Source: Tubiluchus corallicola (lineage: Eukaryota; Animalia; Priapulida). From it: a stretch of DNA of 64,000 bases. The stretch covers positions 1 to 64,000 of the forward strand of contig JAQGDQ010000407.1 in assembly GCA_030141605.1 (NCBI GenBank). Direction: 5' to 3'. Shown here piece after piece: positions 1 through 10,651 of this stretch (positions are counted from its first letter, which is position 1; each line of letters opens with the position of its first letter). The notes under the pieces were generated by a model, which was not told the DNA's origin, did not search any database, and saw only the letters and a program-made list of their open reading frames with translations. The position numbers were made by a program, and so were the translations under genes.

Positions 1-269
1 TGTGGAGTAAAAACTATTTTGTCAATATCCGCCCTAAGTCTTAAATGTCTTTTCTTTCCCTTCTAATTTACTTGCTATGTTGTGATATTACTATGATATT
101 GCAACATAAACCTCTAAAGGCTGTATAGTTGAACGAATGGCTTAGAAATGTGTTTAGAAATGACAAAACCATGTGGCAAAAGCTAATTTTTGTGGAATAT
201 AATTTACTGAATAATTAACATGTGTTTTTTAGTAATTAATGATTAAATGGTTTGTGCATTTTCCTGTAG

Positions 270-797
270 GTGATACCTGTTCGACCATCAAGTTGCTCGA
301 CCAGCGCTGATCTGATGCTGAAATGCAAAAATCGTGTTTTCCAGGAGATGCTTTATTACGCTGATCATCGCGAAGCTTCTCCAGGGAATGCGCGTTTGCA
401 GTTAGCTAAAACTGGCCCTAACAGATCTCGTGTGAACCGTGTACAACTTCCTGGCAAGATTGACATAAGTGCGGCTAGAAACTTGCACCGTCAACCGAAT
501 CACTACGCCGGATTTCAAAATCTTGCAAGTCAGATCCCTCTTGGCTTCTATTCTGCGATGGATGTATTTGCACCAAAAGGTACACTTGCGAGTGGCACAA
601 ATATGCTTCAAATGGGGAAGCCAAAACATGGTAGTACGGCATCTTCTGCTCCAATATCACATCGTTCTGCCACAATGAGACGTAACTTTGGTTCCACAAA
701 GGGACACCGCCCTCGTTCATCAATTAGACCTTTTTTAGTCAACAATAATCTGGCTAGTGGGTCTTTGGGGAAGCGACGAAGACAGCAGTTGTCGTAG
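270..797 (+). CDS. Probable terminal coding exon of an unidentified gene starting upstream of the window
   Basis: Polypyrimidine tract and acceptor (tgcattttcctgtag|G) right before 270. Stop-free 175-codon frame with higher GC than the flanks, ending in TAG at 795-797. AATAAA near 1260-1270. No domain recognised. Confidence 0.5.
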   Translation: MIPVRPSSCSTSADLMLKCKNRVFQEMLYYADHREASPGNARLQLAKTGPNRSRVNRVQLPGKIDISAARNLHRQPNHYAGFQNLASQIPLGFYSAMDVFAPKGTLASGTNMLQMGKPKHGSTASSAPISHRSATMRRNFGSTKGHRPRSSIRPFLVNNNLASGSLGKRRRQQLS

Positions 798-929
798 ATA
801 ATGTTATCGCCACCATCTTGAAAACAAAATGACAGGTCGATAATCCGACTATGTCAGTTCGACGCAGAATTTATTTCTAATATATTCGTGGGAGGTTTCA
901 TGATAATTCTTTGTAAATTCACGGATCCT

Positions 930-1112
930 CACAACAACAACGACAATGACAATAAAAACAACAACAACAACAACAACAACAACAGCAACAGCAGCAGCTA
1001 CGGTAGCAAGGAACAGCAATAGCAACAGCGGTTGCAGTGACGACGACGACAACAACAGCAACAGCAGCAGCAACTGCGACAGCAACAGCAACAACAGCAG
1101 CAGCTACAACAG
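930..1112. repeat. (CAA/CAG/GAC)n trinucleotide microsatellite
   Basis: Directly visible runs of acaaca/gcagca. Confidence 0.9.
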
Positions 1113-1943
1113 TTACTTATCATAGGTAAAGAAAAGTAAAAAAAATATTGTAATATAAATCTAACTTTATTAAAGGAAAAAGAATGGCCTATATATTATA
1201 AAAGCTGATGGTACTGAGTTTTTTATTACATACTAATGTAGTCGGAATTGTACTGGCCTAATAAATAAAGTATATTTAGTTTTCACATGATTAGATCTTT
1301 TTATGAAATAAAGGCTCATAAATAAAATATTAATGTTTTACATTTTAAGATTATACTTTTATTTTTACACACATTGTGCAGTGACTCATACTCAATTTTT
1401 TTATTTTTTGTAATTTAAAGTTCGAGATTACGATTTAGTGAATTTAAAAAAACTCAATAGTATTAAGCTTCGTGCACACTATTACTTTGAATAAATCAAC
1501 AATGCACCTATGTCTGTCCTGCAAAATTTTATTTAGTTAATGTATAAACATGCAACAACAAGGCGTAGAACGTTCTGAAATGATCAAGGTGCCATGCATC
1601 TAACACCTGCTAGCAATGCCTGTGCCACTAAACAGAAAAATAGTAGCTAATTGGGGTGACAGGCGGCTTTTATGTGGCGAATAATGACTGCTAAAAATTG
1701 ATTTGAACCCGTTGAAACAAAAAGTACACAGAACAATAATTAGCCTAGAAAATGGCTGTGAAAAAATGATTTTTTTTAATAAATTCTAATATGACATACC
1801 TATATGATTCACTTTTTTCATGTTTACTTCGTTGTAAAATTGGAGTGTGACTTTGTGTATTTAATGATAAGTTGATAGAATAAACTGTTTTGATAATTGC
1901 ACTTATTACTTGATCTGTATAACAGTACTACAAAACTTCCTCA

Positions 1944-2140
1944 GGCCCATTTCACAGAGAGGGGGCGCAGCAAAGTGCCTCGAGGAGAACTCATTGCGGC
2001 AATTCCTCACGAAAACGGAACGCATCGTTTTCTATGGCGTATTTCACAGTGAGGACGCGCGGCAAAATTCCTCGTGCAGTTTCTCGTGAGGAATTCTCAC
2101 TGTCAGCTAGAAGCTATGCATCCTCCTCGTGAGGATACGT
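1944..2140. mobile_element. Possible end of a PIF/Harbinger-like non-autonomous DNA transposon
   Basis: GGCCCATTTCACA start resembles Harbinger TIRs. Repeated palindromic TTCCTC/GAGGA sub-terminal motifs follow. The matching other end was not found. Confidence 0.3.
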
Positions 2141-3334
2141 TACTGTGTACTGATTAAATAGATGCTAGCAATTATTTTCGTAAGATCAATGTGACGTCTA
2201 GCCTTTATTTTGTATTGTTACTGTAATTCAATATGAACGTCTGACCTTGTAACATTATTGTAAATAAGTATTTGCGTCGATGTTTTAATCAATCGTTCTT
2301 TGCTTTTATTTTATCTCTAGCTAGGAACCACAATGAAGATCGACAAAACACTAATTTCTTTCTAATAATATGCTTTTCGAAAACTTCCCTTTATACACAA
2401 AAACCTTCAGTCTAAAAACATTCAAATCCCACATTTGAAGAGCAAGCACATGCCGGGTAAAAAAAAATTTAAGTTTTCGACGGGGGATTCTGTAACGCTA
2501 AAGCTGTATGAACGGTGATCCGAGGAAATAGCTTGAACTACATTATATCTAACTAAATTATTAGACGTATGTGAAATTTTTGCTGTATATCACAGATTAT
2601 GTTTAGCGAGTCGAAAACTAAATGTCTATGGTGTACTTTATGAACGAAAAGTTGCAAAATATTGTACCTGGGACAGTTTTTCTAAATGTAGCAAATATGC
2701 AGTAAATTTCATTTTTGTTCAAAGAAGATCGATTGTATTTTACTTAAACTATATTAAAGTGGAATATATTGCAGTAGTATATGGATGTCTTATAAAAGAT
2801 AAAATGGTGGTAAAGTTCAAATCGGTATATAATGTTGCTCTTAATAAATTTTCAATTACAGTATTACGAATATGACACGCGAACATCTTATATGTGGGCG
2901 TTATAATGTTCCACATTTTTGCTATAGCTTATTAATGGACGCTTTTTAGACAGCAAAAATAATAACTGTGGTGTTTCATTTGAATCGCTAATGGTTAAAA
3001 ATTGTCGAAAGGTATTATGTGATGATTTCTATTTATAATTTTTAGGTTAATAATTCCTAAAGTCAGTTTTCAGTATTCAGTCTAGTTTCTTTTTAAATCT
3101 TTTTTACTAATAATGTTTATATGTGTGTGGTATCAATATTATTTATTTTATTAAACGTTGTTGTATCAAATTTTTAATATTAATTTATTTTATTTCACTA
3201 CACACAGAACAGTACTGTGTGTGCCGAAATAGAATAAAATAATATTAATAAATACAAATTATGATCAGATGTAAAAACAAAGAACAGTAAGCTGATGATT
3301 ACTGTGTTTAACAAGAACATGATGATTAATGACA

Positions 3335-4030
3335 AAATGACAATTGATGATAAATAGCAGCCAACTATCTGTAATCATTAACCGACAATTGATGATAAGA
3401 AGCAGAGAACTATCTCTAATCATTAACCGATAACTGATGATAAGAAGCAGAGAACTATCTCTAATCATTGACCGACAATTGATGACAAGAAGCAGAGAAC
3501 TATCTCTAATCATTTACTGACAATTGATGACAAGAAGCAGAGAACTATCTCTAATCATTAACCGACAATTGATGACAAGAAGCAGCCAACTATCTCGAAG
3601 CAGAGAACTATCTCTAATCATTAACCGACAATTGATGACAAGAAGCAGAGAACTATCTCTAATCATTAACCGACAATTGCTGACAAGAAGCAGAGAACTA
3701 TCTCTAATCATTAACCGACAATTGATGACAAGAAGCAGAGAACTATCTCTAATCATTAACCAAAAATTGATGACAAGAAACAGAGAACTATCTCTAATCA
3801 TTAACCGACAATTGATGACAAGAAGCAGAGAACTATCTCTAATCATTAACCGACAATTGATGACAAGAAGCAGAGAACTATCTCTAATCATTAACCGACA
3901 ATTGATGACAAGAAGCAGAGAACTATCTCTAATCATTAACCGACAATTGATGACAAGAAGCAGAGAACTATCTCTAATCATTAACCGACAATAGATGACA
4001 AGAAGCAGAGAACTATCTCTAATCATTAAC
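3335..4030. repeat. 45-bp minisatellite, about 15 copies
   Basis: Unit gacaagaagcagagaactatctctaatcattaaccgacaattgat. Explains the repetitive 15-aa ORFs on both strands. Confidence 0.95.
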
Positions 4031-4299
4031 TACACGGGTGCTGATAATCTCCCATCATTTACTTTCTTAGTTAATTTGCAAACAGTAATTAATCAAAACT
4101 GACGACAATTACTTTTTATAACTCGGAAAAGGGGAAATTTCTGACCTGAGACAACTATGATTTGGCAGATGAGAAACGGCTGAGTGGAGCTGACGCAAAA
4201 TTACAATCGATTAACGATCAGGAATCAATAAATAAGTTGCCAAAATGCCCAAAATCTTATTCTGTGACTGTGAGCCTGATTGTCTCTGTAGTTGCCGTC

Positions 4300-4500
4300 A
4301 TTGTTGTTGATTATGATGATGTTGGTGGTAATGGTGGCGGTGGTGGTGCTGGTGGCGATGTCGTTGGGGACGCGAGTAGCGGTTGTGGTGGTGGTGGTGG
4401 TGGTGGCGGTGTCGTTGGGGTGGAGGTAGCGGTTGCGGTGGTGGTGGTCACGATGGCGATAATCGTAATGATAATAGTTATGTCGGCAATGATGATTTGA
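4300..4500. repeat. (GGT/GAT)n degenerate microsatellite
   Basis: Visible ggtggt/gatgat runs. Confidence 0.85.
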
Positions 4501-5209
4501 TAATTACAATGATTATGACCTCGCTGTTCTGTTCCATAAACACCTATCTGACTAGTACTAAGAAATTTCTGCACTCCCTTAATTGGTATTAACTAAATAA
4601 ACTTCATTTAACCTGTTTTTTTTTTCAATTCCGTTATGTTGTATTTTGAATATTCTATGAAAGTATTAAAATAAATAAATTAATAACAGTGACAACGACA
4701 ACGATGACGGCGACAACAGCAACATCAGGCATCTGTTTAAGAGACTTCTTTACTGGCTTTGATTTGACAAAAATCAAACAACCCGAAGCCAAGGCTCGTA
4801 AATATTTGCAGGCGGAACGCTTTAGTAATGCTCTCATTACACAAATTTCGTCTTTCAATCTGTAGTAAGTGAATTACTTCATTCTCAATTTGCTTGCTTT
4901 TAATCGCGTATACATATAGAGCAATCGATTTTTGACAAGCAAGCCCGGCAGCGATACTCCTTAATTCGCCATTCTTGAAGTCAACCGCGCGAGCTGAGCC
5001 GATAATGAGGATCGAAACCGGAATAATTTGCGAAGTTTAATTTAGCGGTAACTTGTTGTCGAGGGCAGACAGTGCTTAGCTGCAGAAGCATCAGAATTCG
5101 AGCTGCTAATGCTGAAAAATGATGACATCAGGACCCGTCTTGATTCCTAACAGTCCAGATCCAAGTTCAGAGTCATAACTGTCAAATATATATATATATA
5201 TATATAATA

Positions 5210-5600
5210 ATCTTTATTTGCCATTAAAATACATTGATAAACACTGATAAAAACTTTACAGAGATAATCAATCAGTGTTAGTTAATAAAAACTTACACTG
5301 CTGAAGGCAAATGCGTCAGTGCAATCTAAACTACTGTGCAGTAATGGAAAGTAACGACGAATAAAATCAAAGATATTTACAACTATGCACAAAAAATGAA
5401 AAAACTATGATTTAATTAATATGGCCGTGGATATATGAATTCTGAATTAGTGTGTATGTTGTCGTACTGATGTGATGGTATTTCATATCTGGTTAATATT
5501 AGTGATTTTAATTTTGTTTTAAATGCTGATAGGGACTTGATTTTTTTAACCTGTGATGGTAGAGAATTCCAAAGTAAAATTGCTTGTTTGATTAGTTTAT
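5210..5600 (-). mobile_element. CR1/L2-group LINE 3' remnant
   Basis: Minus strand reads QAILLWNSLPSQVKKIKSLSAFKTKLKSLIL, the WN-LP...FK-KLK ORF2 C-terminal motif. It is followed by AATAAA and a (TA)n tail at about 5186-5220. Confidence 0.65.
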
Positions 5601-6019
5601 TTCGCGGCCCTTTTTGAAAGGGAAAAAACAGAATTATTAGTGCCTTGGTGATTTTAACATAAGTTTTTGAAATGGCCCCAGTTGTTTGAGTATATATTTC
5701 TCAACCGCTTTTCTAATAAATTAAAGTGGGAAATATAATTTGAAACTCAAAATATTCTAGTTGCTGTCTGTGTTTCCAAGGAAACCAACTACTAGAAATT
5801 TTTACAACTACACACAAAGTTATTGTTCCTTACGGATAATTCCGCAGGAAATAATTTTCCAGGAAAATTTTTCCCGAAAGTTATGGCCTACGAATACCCA
5901 TTATGATGATCAATGGTTGTAACAATGATTGGTAAGACTGCAAGGTAAAAAGTGATAAAATGTAGAAGAAAATATATAGAAGAAAATGTAGAGGAAACAG
6001 ATTAGTAGACATGTAAAAA

Positions 6020-6601
6020 GGTAGGCAGGCACATAGGTAGATACTCGCAAGGTAGATAGGTAGGCGGGTGTGTAGGTAGCTCGGTACGGAGGTAGGCAGG
6101 TAGGTTAGTTGGTAGGTAGGTAGGTAAGTAGGTAAGTACATACTCGCTAGGTAGGTAGGTAGGCCCGTATCTAGGTAGGTCGGTAGGTACGTAGGTAGAC
6201 AGGTAGGCAAGTAGCTGGTTTGTAAGTAGGTAGGTATGTTTGTAGGTAGATATATAGGTAGAAAAGTAGGTAAGTAGGTAGGTCGGCAGGTAGGTGGGAA
6301 GTTTGGCCAATAGGCAGGTAGGTAAGTAGGTAGGTAGGTAGGTTGGCAGGTAGGTAGGTAGGTAGGTAGGTAGGTAGGTAGGTAGGTAGGTAGGTAGGTA
6401 GGTAAGTAATTATGAAGTAGGTAGGTAGGTAGGTAGGTAAGTAATTATGAAGTAGGTAGGTAGGTAGGTAGGTAGGTAGGTATTAAGTGGTGATTGGCAT
6501 CATAGTTAGGAAAATTGTTCGGGAAATGATAGTGCATGTAATTTACTAGAGTGTCAGATAGACAGACAGACACACACACAGAGAGAGAGAGAGAGAGAAA
6601 T

Positions 6602-6670
<69 letters not shown>
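6020..6670. repeat. (TAGG)n array followed by (AC)/(AG)n
   Basis: Visible tandem taggtagg (6020-6480) and gagaga (6580-6670). Confidence 0.95.
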
Positions 6671-6672
<2 letters not shown>

Positions 6673-7744
6673 GCTGTAATTCCACAAACAGGTTTAGAGA
6701 TAAATAATTTTAACTGTTGGTAGTACAGATCATAATGACGATAATGACGATGACGATAATTATAATGATGACGATGACGATGATGTTACAGATGGTGACC
6801 AACATCACCAATATGTTGATGATTATTATTATTAAATTTCTGACAACAAATTTAAAAAAAGAGATGTGAAAATGTCAAGGCTGGCCAGGTTTGAATCAAG
6901 GACTTTCAAGCCTGGTTTTTGACTTATTTTCTTTTAAAAATTTCATGTTTATAGGATTATTAGATTAACAATTGATAATCTTAAAATTAAAGCTACAAAT
7001 ACCAAGTCACCTAAAGCTGTTGAATTAGCAAATATAAGAAACCAGAAAACAGGTTTTCAGAAAAATTTCTCAACACAGAGATACTTATCCTTGACGAAGC
7101 CATTTCCAGCTTTGTGCACGATTTGCGCAAGCTTCATATTTCATCAGCGCAGCTCTGCAGGGCTAATCAGAAAAGCGCAGAAACTTCAATAAACCGCGTC
7201 CTTCAAGAGCCGTCAATGTTTTGCGAGCATACTTTACGCGAATCCAAAGAATTTTGACTTGGTCACAGATAGGAAGAGAGTTCAGATTCGCCTGCAACGA
7301 TTATTCGACGAAATATCTTTCATCGCTTTTCTCGCAGTTTTATATTGTAGCACTTTGAAAGGATTTGAAAGCTGAGTTGAATAGATTCAAGCTGTAATAA
7401 GACGCTTTGCGCACGTTTGAGTTGTAAAAGAACGCAACGGCAACGGTGACTCGAATGTCCGGTTAGCCCTTTGAGAAAATACTTTTTTAATTTGTGGTCG
7501 TGCGATTGTGAGCGCGTTGTGATTTATTTGATTTTTACTTTCAATCTCTGCAACGTGATTTATATAAGTTTGCATGCCCGCAAATTAATGAACAAGATTC
7601 TTTCTATGCAAACGCTTAAAGTGACCGTATCTAATGAATATGTAAATCATAGTGACCTTTTTTCAATTAGCATATCGTGCAAAATCCATAACTGTCTTAT
7701 CATACGTTTTCTTCTTTAAATGTGTGACTAAATAGGCGAGAAAA

Positions 7745-9160
7745 ATGAGCGAAATTCATTTTTCAATGCCCACTTTAAATTTTACACTTGAAACAAATTA
7801 TTGCTGTTGGGAAACACAGCAACAAAACGAAACGTCAGGTGCAAAATTGGCGGAGAACATACTTGTGTCGCTGAGTTTATCTATAGTTGTTATAATGACA
7901 ATTGCGGGAAATATTTTGGTTGTACTTTCTGTCTTCACATACAGGCCACTAAGACAAGTTCAAAACTATTTCATTGTTTCTCTAGCAGTCGCAGATATTT
8001 CGGTCGCTGCTCTTGTTATGCCATTCAATGTGGTTTACACAATAGCGGGGTACTGGATTTTTGGTGACGCGTTTTGTTACGTCTGGTTAACTAGTGACGT
8101 ATTGTGTTGTACAGCGTCTATACTTAACCTATGTGCCATAGCTTTAGACAGATACTATGCAATACACGATCCTTTGAACTATGCCCAAAAACGCACCAGA
8201 AAACGAGTTCTGACCAGCATTGCACTCGTGTGGCTTATTAGTGCTCTAATATCCGTACCCCCGTTGATCGGTTGGAACGACTGGACCGAGGAAGAACATC
8301 AGTTCCCGGTGCAGTGCAAACTATCGGAAGTAAAAAGCTACATCATCTATTCCTCTTCCGGTTCGTTTTATATCCCATTGTTCATCATGACAATTGTTTA
8401 TGTGAAGATTTTTCTCGCCACTAGGCGTCGTCTACGTGAAAAAGCTAAAGCAGCCAAACATTTGTACCAGAGCACTAACTTGGTACCATCAAAACCCGTA
8501 AAACCTGAACAGTCTTCTTCAGATTCTCCCAGCATACCACCTGATCAGATACAGAGTGAAGGCGTGTCTGTAGTTGTAGATACAACAACTACAATAACAA
8601 AAATTCAGCCTGACGTCCCCTGCACCCCAGTTCATTGTAAACAATCTGGTCACAGTGATATTATTGGAGCAAGACTGGCCGCAACAAATGACACAAATTT
8701 CCAGTCGTCAAATCAACTTTCAGTGAACGTTGAATCGCCAGAAGCCAATTCAGGAGCGCAGCAACACACGAAATTTTCGTTCCGTTCTTCCACAGAAAAT
8801 CTGCACAAGAACGGAACGCGTATTGCGAACTCGTTCCGCATGAATAAGAAGAATAAGAAGAAAAAAAAGCAAACCGTCTACGGATTTTTGGAGGAGAAAC
8901 AAAAAATCTCGCTATCCAGAGAACGCCGAGCAGCAAAAACACTTGGAATTATCATGGGAGTATTTGTCCTATGTTGGCTACCGTTCTTCTTGATGTACGT
9001 TATCATGCCTTTCTGTTCTACCTGTTACGTAAGCGATAGAATAGTTAATTTCATTACATGGCTTGGTTATGTTAATTCAGCGCTTAATCCAGTTATCTAT
9101 ACGGTATTCAACATTGATTTTCGTAGAGCTTTCCAAAAATTGTTAATCATCAAGTGTTAG
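7745..9160 (+). CDS. Oct-TyrR: Intronless biogenic-amine GPCR, type-1 tyramine (tyramine/octopamine) receptor, 471 aa
   Basis: Seven TM helices: GN in TM1, SLAVAD, TM3 Asp in WLTSDVLCCTASILNLCAIALDRY, PPLIGWNDW, YSSSGSFYIP, a long IL3 ending ISLSRERRAAKTLGII, CWLPFF and NPVIY. The motifs VFTYRPLR, NYAQKRT and ATRRRLRE match my recall of the Drosophila Oct-TyrR / C. elegans SER-2 subfamily. Confidence 0.93.
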   Translation: MSEIHFSMPTLNFTLETNYCCWETQQQNETSGAKLAENILVSLSLSIVVIMTIAGNILVVLSVFTYRPLRQVQNYFIVSLAVADISVAALVMPFNVVYTIAGYWIFGDAFCYVWLTSDVLCCTASILNLCAIALDRYYAIHDPLNYAQKRTRKRVLTSIALVWLISALISVPPLIGWNDWTEEEHQFPVQCKLSEVKSYIIYSSSGSFYIPLFIMTIVYVKIFLATRRRLREKAKAAKHLYQSTNLVPSKPVKPEQSSSDSPSIPPDQIQSEGVSVVVDTTTTITKIQPDVPCTPVHCKQSGHSDIIGARLAATNDTNFQSSNQLSVNVESPEANSGAQQHTKFSFRSSTENLHKNGTRIANSFRMNKKNKKKKKQTVYGFLEEKQKISLSRERRAAKTLGIIMGVFVLCWLPFFLMYVIMPFCSTCYVSDRIVNFITWLGYVNSALNPVIYTVFNIDFRRAFQKLLIIKC

Positions 9161-9984
9161 ATATATATCGAAGCAGCGATTAAAATTTTAAGACTATGTT
9201 CATTTTCTTCATTAATGGCATTCGGCGTATTAAAAGGCATTTGTTGTAATTTGTCATTTTACCCTGTTCATTCAACTAACAAAAATTTCACAGTGCTGCA
9301 CAAAAAACTGAACCATTATTTTTTGCTAACGTGTTGACTGTTAACCTTTTTGAGTTTTGCTCTTTCCTTTTTATTATACTTAATAAAATAAACTTGACTG
9401 TATGTAATATTTACAAAATTCAAAACTAGTTTTAGTTACATCTAAATCACAATTTTTCCTTCAATGTTTATAACAATTATAATATGCACTGCTAAGATCT
9501 ATGCGTTTTCATTCAAATTTATTTGTGCGATTTTTGCAGAAAATTCTGTCTTTCAAAGAAGCATAAATAATATTACCATACTCGCGGCACATTTCACTGA
9601 TAAAGCCTGCCTTTATTTACAGGCGTTTTAGAAATTCGAAGTCTGTATTATTCGTAACCTTGAGGGCTTGGCCATTTCACTGCTGTGTGTGTGTGTTACT
9701 TAAATTCTCTATTTCTAAGGTTAATTTTGATGAATCTTTGACGGTTGATCTTGACGACCATTGTTCTTCTGCGTAATTAAGAGCATTAGGTTATATACAC
9801 ACTATGACAAAATTGGCGTTACTTTGCTTCAACAATAGTCCTTAGCAATAACCTTACACTGTTTTATTTTATTTAAACGCATTTTTGCCATACATAAGAA
9901 ATACAACCAGTTATTCACATCAGTAAAAATAAATCAAAATGGAAAATATTAGTAAGTAACAAAATATAAAATTTGATATAAAAT

Positions 9985-10053
9985 CATGTGTATTCACGAA
10001 TTCACATGTGTATTCACGAATTTACATGTGTATTCACGAATTTACATGTGTAT
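9985..10053. repeat. 20-bp tandem repeat x3.5
   Basis: catgtgtattcacgaatt(c/t)a repeated. Confidence 0.85.
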
Positions 10054-10479
10054 CGTGATAAAAAACATACGCTTCAAAATTTATATAAAATCCTTTTTTA
10101 TGACTGGCTATGAAATAACTGGCCCTGGACATTTTACTGTTTATATCAGAACGTTTGTTTATTAAAACTCACACAGCGTTATTGTGCATTTTAGAATGAT
10201 TTTTATCCATTTTTAGAAATCATAAGAAGTATTTAATTGCTCTAATTCTTAGGGCAGGTTGCTCCACAATAAAGTACACCTATGAGAAATAAAATATTTC
10301 ATAATATCGTGGAACATGTTAATTATAAGGTTATTTAGTATTATAGACAATTGGTGCCTTGTCTCTTGTAAAAAATTAAGAAAATATAATGCTTAATAAG
10401 ATTAATAAAACAAGCAGCTCTCATACAAATCACATCATTATTTCTAAAATGGGGGTATAGTGGGGTAATGTCGACCATT

Positions 10480-10556
10480 GGCTAATGACGGCCATCCAGT
10501 TTTATACACTCAAATTAGATCACGAGACCTAGACTGGCTTTCAATATAGAATATAT

Positions 10557-10591
<35 letters not shown>

Positions 10592-10651
10592 AGCTAGTCT
10601 AGGTCTCGTGATCTAATTTGATTGTATAAAACTGGATGGCCGACATTAGCC
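10480..10651. repeat. 63-bp-arm inverted repeat around a (TA)n loop, built from a pogo/Tigger-like end
   Basis: 10480-10542 is the reverse complement of 10589-10651 with 3 mismatches. It is preceded by TATAGTGGGGTAATGTCGACCA, which resembles a pogo-type TIR. Confidence 0.85.
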
